Origin: a virus
IMG/VR virus record: IMGVR_UViG_3300047462_000311
Direction: 5' to 3' (one strand)
Length of the DNA stretch: 59,143 bases
The translations under genes and the position numbers were made by a program. Below the pieces are notes generated by a model. That model had not been told where the DNA came from, made no database searches, and saw nothing but the letters and a program-made list of their open reading frames with translations. Shown one piece after another: positions 9,217 to 18,492 of the stretch; the stretch's first letter is position 1; the number at the start of each line of letters is the position of its first letter.

Positions 9217-9713
9217 CAAACAGAAAAAAGGCGATTGCTTTGGCGTTCGCGGTTCCGCTCCTGGCAATCCTGATCATTGCCCTGTGCGGCATGGCCGAAA
9301 ACACAGTCGCGCAAAATCAGCCAGCCTCTATCACCGATCCATGCTTTTCGCAATTCACCGCGAAATCCAGCGTGCCCATAAACGCCACTACGGCGACAAC
9401 GACACAGCTTGTTGCCCCGGCAGCGGGAAAGGCCGTATTCGTGTGCGGAGCTTCACTGACAATTGCTCCGTCGTCCACTTCAGCGGATACGGCACAATTT
9501 ATCAGCGGAACCGGACCGACTTGCGGCACCAACACGGTTACGAATACAGGCACATTCGGCAATGGCGATCTAACAACGGCAGCGCCGCCGCTGTTCATCT
9601 CATTTGCCGATCCCGGATCAACCTTTAGCTCGGCGGTTGGCGCGGGGGTCTGCCTGGTAAGCGCGGGGACTACGGTAAACATTCAAGGCGTACTTACTTA
9701 CGTCCAGCAGTAA
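9213..9713 (+). CDS. Secreted or membrane-anchored Thr/Gly-rich protein (166 aa)
   Basis: ATGA overlap with the methyltransferase. N-terminal KK + AIALAFAVPLLAILIIAL hydrophobic core and TVA-Q cleavage-like site. Confidence 0.65.
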   Translation: MTNRKKAIALAFAVPLLAILIIALCGMAENTVAQNQPASITDPCFSQFTAKSSVPINATTATTTQLVAPAAGKAVFVCGASLTIAPSSTSADTAQFISGTGPTCGTNTVTNTGTFGNGDLTTAAPPLFISFADPGSTFSSAVGAGVCLVSAGTTVNIQGVLTYVQQ

Positions 9714-9736
9714 AAACAGTTTAGGAGGATAGTCAC

Positions 9737-10231
9737 ATGAAGAAGTTTCTTTCAGCGGCACGAAATGGATTTGCTGGCTTCGGTGTTCTGGCCATGCTTG
9801 TCCTTCTGGCAGTGAGCTTATTCGCGCAAGGGACGCCATTTGGAAATGGCAGGGGAGCTTTCCGCGGCGATGTATACGTTCCCTCGGTATTCAATCTCTG
9901 GTTCGGCGACAACTCTTCGAGCGATGTTGCGCTTGCAAAGAACGGCAGCAACGTCGTCGGAATCAGCGGGAATCTCGGCGGAAAGGGGGCCACGGCGAAT
10001 ACCACGACTTCGCCAGCCGGACCCTTCTCGTGGGGAACAGTGGCGCTATCGTCAAACACCGCCACCGTGACGTTCAACAAGCCTTTCCAAAATACGCCAG
10101 TGTGCGTTGTGACGGATGTAACAACGCCACAATTGGTCAAGGCGGCTCCCACGCCCACCACCGTTGTGATTACAGATACCGTTGGCGCAACGGATACAGT
10201 GCAGTACATCTGCGTCGGCAATCCCAATTAA
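9737..10231 (+). CDS. Secreted protein (164 aa)
   Basis: AGGAGG 8 nt upstream. Signal-like GFGVLAMLVLLAVSLFA-QG. Beta-rich, Thr-rich mature part. Confidence 0.65.
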   Translation: MKKFLSAARNGFAGFGVLAMLVLLAVSLFAQGTPFGNGRGAFRGDVYVPSVFNLWFGDNSSSDVALAKNGSNVVGISGNLGGKGATANTTTSPAGPFSWGTVALSSNTATVTFNKPFQNTPVCVVTDVTTPQLVKAAPTPTTVVITDTVGATDTVQYICVGNPN

Positions 10232-10252
10232 ATTTCCGCCTCCCGGCGGGAA

Positions 10253-10301
10253 GGGGCCGCGAGCGAACGACGACACGGAGTGAGCTGCCAGGCGCGGCCC
10301 C
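10253..10301 (+). other. Long-range 9-bp GC stem just upstream of the tRNA
   Basis: GGGGCCGCG (10253..10261) pairs with CGCGGCCCC (10293..10301) around a 31-nt loop. Confidence 0.4.
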
Positions 10302-10312
10302 AGAATTATTGT

Positions 10313-10387
10313 CGCGGGATGGAGTAACTGGAAACTCGGAAGGCCCATGACCTTCAAATTCAGGTTCAAATCCTGATCCCGCCACCA
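10313..10387 (+). tRNA. Initiator-like tRNA with CAU anticodon (tRNA-fMet-like, atypical anticodon loop)
   Basis: 75-nt cloverleaf: CGCGGGA-TG-GAGT..ACTC-G-GAAGG-CCCATGA-CCTTC-AAAT-TCAGG-TTCAAAT-CCTGA-TCCCGCC-A-CCA. The 5' CGCGGGNUGGAG and the 1:72 mismatch recall bacterial tRNA-fMet. Confidence 0.75.
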
Positions 10388-10434
10388 GTTTTACACAGTG
10401 CCGCGACGACGAGCCGGGGCACACAGGAGAAGTT

Positions 10435-11676
10435 ATGAATCTACAAGCGACGAGCGAAGTGGATAGATCAAACGAGGAGGCGATAGTCAGAGCCGTCCTC
10501 GGACAAAGCGCTGAGACAGAAGCACCCGAGGCCACAGAAGCAGAGGAGCCAAATCGGGAAGCAGAAGTTCCAGTAGCCGAAGAGGAAAGCAGTGCGGATC
10601 CGGCGGAAGAAATAGCGGAAGCATCCGACGAGGAAGTGCCCGCAAGCGAGCCGGAAGAACAGGCGGAAGAAGCAGAGCCAACAGAGGCAGCAGAGGAAGA
10701 AGAGGGCGAGTTTGCTCTTCAGGAGACTGACCGCGACTATTCCGATGCTGCTTACGCACGCGCCGCACAGCATTACTCCAAAACGCACAAAGTCCAGTTA
10801 GACCCGCAAGACCCCGCACACCGAGCCATGCTCAAAGAGATCATGGATCGCGGCGAGGCGCTGAAACGCCAGGCAGAAGAGCGCAAGGCAATGGAGCAAA
10901 AGGCCGACGAGGCCAAGGCTTCCGACGAGGAAAAGCCGGTCCAAGCGCATGCGCCGACGCCAGAACAGTTTCAAGCCTATCTCAACCAGATTGGTGAAAT
11001 CGCCAAGAGGCGCGTGAATCCCGCAGTAGCGATGCACGTGTCCAACAGAATCGTCAAGGCATTGTGGCCCGACTTTAAGGGAAATATTTCCCAGGAGCAG
11101 GCAAATGATTTGACTTCGGCGTTTCACGAGATGTTCATGCTGGCCTTGGATGATGCCGCACCGATGGTTCTCGGCATGGTCAACAACAATCTGGCCAGTG
11201 ATCCAGTCTGGGGAAGGACGCGCACCGAGGCAATCCGAGCAAATGCTTTCGAGCACCTGGAAAGCCTGAAGGATGCCACCGGAGAAATGCGCTATCCAGA
11301 CCTCGAGCAGATGGTTGAGAGCGGTCGCCTTAAAAAGGTCATGGCGGCGAATCCTTGGATCAGCGCAGTTAAATCTGGGAAGGGCAACGACCCTGTTCTT
11401 GATTATGCCGCGCAGATCGAGGTTGCCTACAAGATCGCCAAAGGCGAACAAGTAAATCCAGATGTCGTGCGGAAAGCAGTGGAAACTGGAAGAAAACAGG
11501 CAGCGGAGACCGCCAAGAAAGTCGCGGCTTCGCGCGTGGCTCCCGGAAAACCAAAAGGCGGATTTAGCGGACCGGTCAATGAGGCTGAAAAAATAATCGG
11601 CCAAATCACGAGAGGGCCCGGAACCAAGAGTAACTTCTCGGAAGCCGTAAAACAGCAGCTCATGAGAAGGCGTTAA
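10435..11676 (+). CDS. Scaffolding protein (putative)
   Basis: Highly acidic E/A/P-rich N-terminal region, coiled-coil-like middle, basic C-terminus. Lies immediately upstream of the major capsid gene. Confidence 0.65.
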   Translation: MNLQATSEVDRSNEEAIVRAVLGQSAETEAPEATEAEEPNREAEVPVAEEESSADPAEEIAEASDEEVPASEPEEQAEEAEPTEAAEEEEGEFALQETDRDYSDAAYARAAQHYSKTHKVQLDPQDPAHRAMLKEIMDRGEALKRQAEERKAMEQKADEAKASDEEKPVQAHAPTPEQFQAYLNQIGEIAKRRVNPAVAMHVSNRIVKALWPDFKGNISQEQANDLTSAFHEMFMLALDDAAPMVLGMVNNNLASDPVWGRTRTEAIRANAFEHLESLKDATGEMRYPDLEQMVESGRLKKVMAANPWISAVKSGKGNDPVLDYAAQIEVAYKIAKGEQVNPDVVRKAVETGRKQAAETAKKVAASRVAPGKPKGGFSGPVNEAEKIIGQITRGPGTKSNFSEAVKQQLMRRR

Positions 11677-11709
11677 AAACCGGACCGCGCAATCCCAGCG
11701 GAGTAGTGC

Positions 11710-12924
11710 ATGGCCATTAACACCGTGCCAAGGTCAGTAGACCAGGCAATTCAAGAAACAGTACAACAGCGAGTATTTTTCGGGGAAAGAGATATTCTCT
11801 TCAACCCGAATCTCACTCCGATTCTGACCTTAGTGACAAAGATCGGTAATCGGAAAAAAACAACGGCATCAACCCGCGTGGAATGGATCGAAGACGACTA
11901 CGTGGGGTACTGGGGCCAGGCAAACAACACGACCGACTACAGCTCGGTTGCCACGTCCATCACGGTTGTCGATGGAACCCTGTTTGCTTATGGCGACCTG
12001 GTTGCCATTCCCAAGGCTCCTGCCAGCTCGGCGGCGGAAGAAATTGCCCGCGTAACCGCCGTCGCTGGCAATACAGTAACCCTGACTCGCGGCATTGGCG
12101 GCGCTGGAGCGGACACTATCGGGGCATCTTCCGATATCCGCATTCTTGCATCGGCATATGCCGAAGGCGATTCTTTTGGAACGGTGCGCTCAACGAGTAA
12201 GTCAGTGAAAATCAGTTATACACAGATTTTCCGGCGTCCTGTTCAGCTCACCAAATCAATGGTCGCCCAAGCGCAATTCGGACCGTCGAATGAGCGAATT
12301 TTTCAGCGCCAGAAGGGGCTGGAGGAAATTCGCCGCCAAATGGAGCAAGCAGCTCTGTTTTCCAGGCCTTCGGAGTCATTGGCTCTTGGCGCTCCCGGAA
12401 CGGTTCGCACGACGATGGGAATCAAATCCCGAATCGTGACCAACGTTTACAACGCGAACACAACGCTGACCGAAGGCGGACTGGAAAGCTTCGCGGAAAT
12501 GGCCTTCTCCACCTACTTCCAGGGAAACGAGAAGCTCCTGGTTGCATCCAAGAGAGTAATCTCCGCATTCGACTACTTTGCCCTCGGCCATCAGCGCACC
12601 GAACAATCCGAGGAAATTTACGGAGTGAAAGTGCGCAGGTATGTGACTTCACACGGAGAGTTCCTCATCTCACGAGACCTGTTGCTTGACAACGGTCCGG
12701 TGAGCGGTAACGGTCCTGGACATGAAGCCTATGCAATTGACGTGGATTCAATCGAATTCGCTCCACTTGTCGGCAACGGTGAGAACCGCGACACGCATTT
12801 GCTGACCGATGTAATCAAGGACGGCAGCGACAAATACTCGGATGAATACCTGTGCGAGGGCGCATGGGTAATTCGCTTCGAGCAGCGCCACGCCCGTCTG
12901 TGCAATGTCAACGGTTACAACTGA
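11710..12924 (+). CDS. Major capsid protein (HK97 fold, SU10/DUF5309-like)
   Basis: 404 aa. RVEWIEDDY near the N-terminus resembles the SU10-type MCP family. Follows the scaffold gene and is followed by a strong terminator hairpin. Confidence 0.8.
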   Translation: MAINTVPRSVDQAIQETVQQRVFFGERDILFNPNLTPILTLVTKIGNRKKTTASTRVEWIEDDYVGYWGQANNTTDYSSVATSITVVDGTLFAYGDLVAIPKAPASSAAEEIARVTAVAGNTVTLTRGIGGAGADTIGASSDIRILASAYAEGDSFGTVRSTSKSVKISYTQIFRRPVQLTKSMVAQAQFGPSNERIFQRQKGLEEIRRQMEQAALFSRPSESLALGAPGTVRTTMGIKSRIVTNVYNANTTLTEGGLESFAEMAFSTYFQGNEKLLVASKRVISAFDYFALGHQRTEQSEEIYGVKVRRYVTSHGEFLISRDLLLDNGPVSGNGPGHEAYAIDVDSIEFAPLVGNGENRDTHLLTDVIKDGSDKYSDEYLCEGAWVIRFEQRHARLCNVNGYN

Positions 12925-12931
12925 AGCAGGA

Positions 12932-12970
12932 GGCCGGAGCGCATTTATCGCGCTCCGGCCACGCTTTTCG
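12932..12970 (+). terminator. Rho-independent terminator after the capsid gene
   Basis: Perfect 11-bp stem GGCCGGAGCGC/GCGCTCCGGCC with a 7-nt loop, followed by ACGCTTTTCG. Confidence 0.7.
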
Positions 12971-12978
12971 GAGGATAT

Positions 12979-13434
12979 ATGAACAAGCTGAGGATAAGGA
13001 GAATTAACAACATGGCTTCCGCGGTAGCGTACGAAGAAGAGGGCATGGAACCTGATGTGGACAAGGACGTGGTCTTTTACGCATGGAGCGATGCTGGAAC
13101 GCAATCAATGCCATCCAGCGTTACGATCCACATTTCTGGAGGAGAACGCGTCCGGGATGCCAGCGGCAAGATCATGGCCGTTGGGCACAAGGAAGTCCAG
13201 TTCAACAAGGGCATTCTCCGCACGCGGGACCCACAAGTTATCCGCGCAATCCGCAAGCTGATCGAGGGCGGCGACACGATCACCGAGGATAAGGAAACCT
13301 ATCTCTCGATGGTGGAACCTGGAGAGCGCCGCGCTGCCCGCTTGGTGGCTAAAAATTATGCGCTCGTCAGCGAACTGTCCGCAAAGGACAAGGAAATCGA
13401 AGACTTGAAAGCAAAGCTGGCAAACCGGGAGTGA
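12979..13434 (+). CDS. Hypothetical head-associated protein (151 aa; alternative start 13012)
   Basis: GGAGGA lies before ATG 12979 and AGGAGA before ATG 13012. Coiled-coil C-terminus (KDKEIEDLKAKLA). Confidence 0.55.
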   Translation: MNKLRIRRINNMASAVAYEEEGMEPDVDKDVVFYAWSDAGTQSMPSSVTIHISGGERVRDASGKIMAVGHKEVQFNKGILRTRDPQVIRAIRKLIEGGDTITEDKETYLSMVEPGERRAARLVAKNYALVSELSAKDKEIEDLKAKLANRE

Positions 13435-13437
13435 CCA

Positions 13438-13704
13438 TTGTATTGCACGAACAAGAAATGCAGACGCGAGACCAGCAAGATGCTGGTTATTTTCGCCAAG
13501 GATGGAAGCAAGCGAGAGGGCTGCCCTGCATGTATCATGCCTGGCGGAGACAAGCGCGTGCGTACCGGAAAAAAGATATGGGCGGGCAGCGAAGTGTACA
13601 CACGGTCTCAAATCGAGCAGAAAAATTACGATTGGATCGAGCGCACCGCCGCGCGTGCGGCTGAAATGAGGCGCAGATCGCCACTTAGGTTCGTAAAGGA
13701 GTGA
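13438..13704 (+). CDS. Zn-ribbon protein (88 aa, TTG start)
   Basis: GGGAG 6 nt before TTG. CxxxxC (YCTNKKC) plus CPAC form a four-Cys ribbon. Confidence 0.5.
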   Translation: MYCTNKKCRRETSKMLVIFAKDGSKREGCPACIMPGGDKRVRTGKKIWAGSEVYTRSQIEQKNYDWIERTAARAAEMRRRSPLRFVKE

Positions 13705-13712
13705 AGTGACAT

Positions 13713-14015
13713 ATGACGTTGAATATTTACGGGATAGCCTACAGGAACACGCCGAAAGGCACCTTTGGGCCGCCGCAGTTTCAGCGGATCGCCGCAGGGT
13801 CCTCCGAAGAAGCCGCGTCCTTCTTTGGCGAAGATGTATTCATCGAATCCATCTCGAACATTTGCAGCGATGTTCTGATTCCCGACTCAGCGGAAACAGC
13901 GGTACTGAAGAATGAATTGGAAGAGGCAAAGAAGCAGGTTGCCGAACTCAATGCGGAACTTTCCGCGATGAAGTCATCGCCAGCGCCAGAATCATCGGAA
14001 ATATGGCCGTCGTAG
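13713..14015 (+). CDS. Hypothetical protein (100 aa)
   Basis: Co-directional ORF with a coiled-coil-like segment LKNELEEAKKQVAELNAEL. Confidence 0.5.
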   Translation: MTLNIYGIAYRNTPKGTFGPPQFQRIAAGSSEEAASFFGEDVFIESISNICSDVLIPDSAETAVLKNELEEAKKQVAELNAELSAMKSSPAPESSEIWPS

Positions 14016-14947
14016 ATATCGTAATACCAACACAGCGCGGAATCGAACACGAAACCAACAGCAATCTCTCGCTGATGATCCGCGATACGCAATGTTTTTG
14101 CGGGACGCATGAGGCATGGAAATGCCCCAAGGGCCGCCACAGCGTGCGGCTGCTTCCTGTAACCAGCGGAACGGTTGTTCATTGGGCCAGAAATCAAGCC
14201 ATCACGATGGCGCTCTATGGCCAGGTTGATGATGGAAGGCCTCCGGCGGAATTTCTTTTCCTTATGGATGACGACATGCTATGCCAGCCGTGGCACCTCA
14301 ACCGGCTGCTTAGTTATCGCAAGGACATTGTGACCGGAATCGCTACAGTGCGCCGCGATCCGCCACGGCCCAATATCCGCATGTGGGATGCCGAGAAAGA
14401 GCACTTCATCACGCCCGTGGAATGGGATTGGGACACCAACAAGCTGATCGAGATTGATGCCGTTGGAGCGGCGTATCTGCTTGTCAAGCGAAGCGTGTTG
14501 GAGGAGATGGCCGCAGCGTATCTCAACTGTCATTTTGAGCGGCTGGTTGACAAGAGAAAATTTCCCAACTGCCAGGAAATCGATGCCTACTGGAACAAGA
14601 AGGCTGAACGCCGCCGCGCCCGCTTCGAGGCCGCTACGTCAGAAGGGGGCGATTGGAAAGAAGCCGATGGCCAGTGGTTTCAATTCCTAGATAACATCGC
14701 AGACTCTCAGGCAACCGAACTCGGAGAGGACATAAGTTTTTGCTGGAAGGCGAAAATGCTTGGATTCAGAATTTTTGCCGATCCGCAAGTCTTGCCCGGG
14801 CATATAGGAAAATATGCTTATTCGATCATCGACTACCGAGACTGGGTGGAGAGCGGCAAGGACTGCGGGGCACTCCCCGAAACCATGCCGGCAAATGCGG
14901 TGCAGTTGAACCCGGAGGCCCATGTGGACAGTTCAGCAAATCGTTGA
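14003..14947 (+). CDS. GT-A fold glycosyltransferase (family-2-like)
   Basis: DxD-type FLMDDDM, followed by GEDISFCWKAKMLGFRIFADPQVLPGHIG, which is typical of phage and bacterial GT-A enzymes. Confidence 0.7.
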   Translation: MAVVDIVIPTQRGIEHETNSNLSLMIRDTQCFCGTHEAWKCPKGRHSVRLLPVTSGTVVHWARNQAITMALYGQVDDGRPPAEFLFLMDDDMLCQPWHLNRLLSYRKDIVTGIATVRRDPPRPNIRMWDAEKEHFITPVEWDWDTNKLIEIDAVGAAYLLVKRSVLEEMAAAYLNCHFERLVDKRKFPNCQEIDAYWNKKAERRRARFEAATSEGGDWKEADGQWFQFLDNIADSQATELGEDISFCWKAKMLGFRIFADPQVLPGHIGKYAYSIIDYRDWVESGKDCGALPETMPANAVQLNPEAHVDSSANR

Positions 14948-15638
14948 AGAGGTCTCGAAGAGGACGGAGCGCCGCGCGGACCAGAAAATCAACTTGCGCA
15001 TGGAATTCTTCCTTGGTTTGGATGAATTCGTTAGCGAGCAGCATTTCTGGTGGAGAAAGAAGCGCGGAACGTTTCAAACAGTCATCGGCGCAAATATGTA
15101 TGACCTTTCCATGTCGGCGGCTTCTGGAACGATACAGCCGGGCGGCGGGATCAGTGATTTCGCGCAGTTTGACGAAATAATCCTTCTAAATGCCGATGGG
15201 ATTACCAAGCAGCTTGAGATCGTTCCCATTCTCGACCCAGTGGGGCAACTGGTGGCGATCAAGAACACGGTTCAGGATGTTCCCGCAGCATTTTTCATCG
15301 ACCCCCAGATTTCTCCAACCACCGTTGTCTTTCAAGCTCCTGCCAGCGTCGCTCAAACCGTTCTTTACACTTATTGGGCCGTGCCACAAATCTCGGAGCC
15401 GGACGAGGACACCATCCCTATGGTGCCGAGTTACCTGCACTGGGGATTGGTGTACATGCTTGAGCGCCGCGTCTATGAATTTCTGTATGGCGAGGACGAT
15501 CCGCGATTCACCGTTGCGAATTCGCGCTATATGGAATTCTGCCAAAAAGCGGCAAGAATGCCGCATTGGACGGCGAAGCGCGTGCAAGAGATGCGTGCGT
15601 CGAGCCACAGCGTAAAAACAGTTCAGGCACATAATTAG
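14922..15638 (+). CDS. Putative head-tail adaptor / virion structural protein (238 aa)
   Basis: Position between the capsid module and the large tail protein. No diagnostic motif. Confidence 0.4.
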   Translation: MWTVQQIVEEVSKRTERRADQKINLRMEFFLGLDEFVSEQHFWWRKKRGTFQTVIGANMYDLSMSAASGTIQPGGGISDFAQFDEIILLNADGITKQLEIVPILDPVGQLVAIKNTVQDVPAAFFIDPQISPTTVVFQAPASVAQTVLYTYWAVPQISEPDEDTIPMVPSYLHWGLVYMLERRVYEFLYGEDDPRFTVANSRYMEFCQKAARMPHWTAKRVQEMRASSHSVKTVQAHN

Positions 15639-15640
15639 AC

Positions 15641-17563
15641 ATGGCAATGCGCAAGGCAGATCAGTACACGCTTGGCGGAGTGGATTCAAGGTCCAATCCT
15701 GCGAATTATCCGCCGGAGCGTTCTCTCCGCTGCCGGAACTTCACTCCGCTGCCCTCCGGACAATTGCGTTTGCGTTATGGCTACACAAAACCGGCGCAGG
15801 TTTCTACTCCCGCGCCAATTCATTCGGCTGCCTACTATCAGCAGTACGGAGGAAGCCAGTTTGTCCTGTACGGACAGGGTTCGCAGCTAAAGCAGGTGGC
15901 AATTGGCACCGGGACTACGACTACGATTGCCACGCTTTCAACAGGAAATCCTTGGGGGTATTACCGCGCCGCAAATAGGATTTTTATAGGGAATGGGCAG
16001 GACCTGGAGAGCTGGGACGGCACCACCCTTCGCTCGGTGGGCATACGGCCACCGAGCGCGGCGGAAACTTCAGGGATCACTGTATCGGCAGTAAGTAATT
16101 CGAGCGCCAGTTTTGCCACCACGCTCCTTTCGGGCTACCAATTGTTCATGGTGTATTTCAACCCCGTAACCGGAGCGGTTGGGAACCGTGTCCCGATCGG
16201 CAATCCGGTGACCATAGGAACAACCACGACGGCGCTGTTTGTGAACGGACTCCCGGACCTTTCTGGAATCAATGGAGAATGGGTAAAGGGATTTGGACGC
16301 ACAAACGATGGCGGCCAAGTTCCGTATTGGCTGATTGACGCAAACGGAAACCGCGTGGTGGCAAATAATACGGCGACCACCGCCACCATCATTAGCTCGG
16401 TCATAGACACCAATCAGGAATTGCCGTTCCGCAACGGTGTGCCCATTTCCGGCTTGAATGCTTTTGCCAAAGTCGGAAGCAAGATTTTTGGGATTCGTCC
16501 TGGAGATGTGAACATATATTACACCGAGGACGACACAAACCTGACCAACGGAATTTATGTTGGTGTCCCGGCGGAATCATGGCCACCTGACAACGTAGAA
16601 CCATTCCCTACGGCAGAAGTGCCGACAACGATACACGGTTACAACCAGGAGGCATGGATTTTCAGCCAGAACTATCTGGCGATTTGGTCTTTGTTCTTGT
16701 TCCAGCAGGGGCAGAATCCCTGGCGTGCCATCTGGAATGTCGGGTGCGCCGGGCAGCGAGCATGGATCGATACTCCCTATGGGCCGCATTGGGTTACTCC
16801 CGACAAGCAGCTAATGGGTTATAACGGGACCGGCCCGACGCCGGTCAGCGAAGAGTACGAGGCGTCGCTGCTTGGAAGGATCGGGGATCAATTCATTGGA
16901 CAGGTCGAACTGGCGTACTACCGCAACATCGATCTTGGCATCGACCGAATTTACATCCTTGCGAAAGACGCGAATGGCAACCCCTTTGTGATTCTCCATG
17001 ATTTTCGTTTGCGTGATTTCCGTAATTCGATTGCGCAGGGCTACGAAGCCATTTACTCGGGCATGTCGCCCAATACCATGATCGGTTCTGGTTACACCCC
17101 AAGGCAGAATGTGCGCGATGTGAATGGGCGTGAGCGGCTCTGGACTGGCGCGACGGATGGCAACTTGTATCAGCTAGAAGATGGAAATTCGGATAACGGG
17201 AACAACTACACTGGAGACGCGATCTTTTTGATCGGCGCAGGAGACGGAAAGCCATTGCTCGATTCCATCCAGTGGCAGGGAGATGGGAACGTGCAAGTAT
17301 CCGTGGCCGTGAGAGCCACACTGCAACTCAGTGATTTTGAGTCGCGTAATACGGAAGTGGTGGAAATCGACAATCCAGATAACCGCTACAAGATCAAAGT
17401 GGGTCTTGAGACGCGCTGGGTATATGCGCGATTCCAGTTAACATCACATCCGCAGGACGGTGATTTCGAGATTACCGATCCGCCTTTTGTGCCGATGCCA
17501 TCTTACGGAACCATAAACGTTATTACGCCTGATTTTGGAAGGACAAGGGCAAATGCCCCATGA
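15641..17563 (+). CDS. Putative tail tubular/nozzle protein (640 aa)
   Basis: Position and size. N-terminus YTLGGVDSRSNPANYPPERSL and beta-rich repeats suggest a propeller-like podovirus tail protein. Confidence 0.45.
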   Translation: MAMRKADQYTLGGVDSRSNPANYPPERSLRCRNFTPLPSGQLRLRYGYTKPAQVSTPAPIHSAAYYQQYGGSQFVLYGQGSQLKQVAIGTGTTTTIATLSTGNPWGYYRAANRIFIGNGQDLESWDGTTLRSVGIRPPSAAETSGITVSAVSNSSASFATTLLSGYQLFMVYFNPVTGAVGNRVPIGNPVTIGTTTTALFVNGLPDLSGINGEWVKGFGRTNDGGQVPYWLIDANGNRVVANNTATTATIISSVIDTNQELPFRNGVPISGLNAFAKVGSKIFGIRPGDVNIYYTEDDTNLTNGIYVGVPAESWPPDNVEPFPTAEVPTTIHGYNQEAWIFSQNYLAIWSLFLFQQGQNPWRAIWNVGCAGQRAWIDTPYGPHWVTPDKQLMGYNGTGPTPVSEEYEASLLGRIGDQFIGQVELAYYRNIDLGIDRIYILAKDANGNPFVILHDFRLRDFRNSIAQGYEAIYSGMSPNTMIGSGYTPRQNVRDVNGRERLWTGATDGNLYQLEDGNSDNGNNYTGDAIFLIGAGDGKPLLDSIQWQGDGNVQVSVAVRATLQLSDFESRNTEVVEIDNPDNRYKIKVGLETRWVYARFQLTSHPQDGDFEITDPPFVPMPSYGTINVITPDFGRTRANAP

Positions 17564-18042
17564 GCATCTACCAGGCACTCCCATCAACATATGAAGCGGC
17601 CCAGCCATTGCTTCAGCGGGCCCTTCAGGAAACAGCCGCATCCGTTCTGCCACTGGTAAGCTCACGCCGCAGGCCGGATCCGCCGCGCAATTTGATATCG
17701 CAGCCGGGAAGCCTCGAAGCGCTGATTACGTGGAACGCGCCGATAAAATTCAACGAGGTTGCGGGATGGAGAATCTATCGTGACAACGAGGGGAACCTTG
17801 TCGATACAATTCTCGACCCGAATAGCCGCCAGTATCGCCCTAAGCTTCCGGCAAACACGGCAACGGCGTTTTACGTTTCCGCCATCAACAACGCTGGACT
17901 CGAAAGCATAAAGGTGCAAATCATTGCAAAGGCAAACACCGATCAGATGGTGCTAACCGGAGGTACGGGAGGAACCGCCCCGTCGCCCCCTCCGGGATAT
18001 GGAGATGAGCCAACGGGTGGCCGAGGCTTCCTCAGGCAATAG
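17560..18042 (+). CDS. Fibronectin type III domain virion protein (160 aa)
   Basis: PPRNL..LEALITWNAP..GWRIYRDNEG..FYVSAINNAGLES is an FN3 signature. ATGA overlap with the upstream gene. Confidence 0.6.
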   Translation: MSIYQALPSTYEAAQPLLQRALQETAASVLPLVSSRRRPDPPRNLISQPGSLEALITWNAPIKFNEVAGWRIYRDNEGNLVDTILDPNSRQYRPKLPANTATAFYVSAINNAGLESIKVQIIAKANTDQMVLTGGTGGTAPSPPPGYGDEPTGGRGFLRQ

Positions 18043-18048
18043 GAAAAC

Positions 18049-18477
18049 ATGCAGATAATCCCCATAGAATTCGAAGTGGGCACAGGAGCCCCTAGGGACC
18101 CGCATCTTTACGACGCGCTGCAAAAATATTTCGAGCAGGAATTCGGCAGCAGGCAATTGATCTCGAACAACATCAAGACCTGGGCCGTAGTGGAGCATGA
18201 TAACGACGGATACAAGATTCTAGGCGTAACAGCGCTCCGCTACATGATTGATTGCCCGATGTTCCATGTATCGGAAGGAAGAGATGAAGAAACCTGGAAA
18301 CGCGCGGTGGAGGCGCGTGACATGCTTTTTAACCGGGCCCGGGCATTCCTGCAAGATCAGGCGGGAACCGGCACTCGCGTGATGGTATATGTTGCGCCGC
18401 TGGCGCAGCGATTGTGGAAAGGTTTTTTGAAGAAGGCTGGCGCAGTTCCAGCCAATCGATTTGAAGTCGGAGTATAG
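18049..18477 (+). CDS. Hypothetical protein (142 aa), possible GNAT-like fold
   Basis: Compact ORF in the virion module. Weak acetyltransferase-like C-terminus (RLWKGFLKKAGA). Confidence 0.45.
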   Translation: MQIIPIEFEVGTGAPRDPHLYDALQKYFEQEFGSRQLISNNIKTWAVVEHDNDGYKILGVTALRYMIDCPMFHVSEGRDEETWKRAVEARDMLFNRARAFLQDQAGTGTRVMVYVAPLAQRLWKGFLKKAGAVPANRFEVGV

Positions 18478-18492
18478 CCAGAAAGAGGATTC

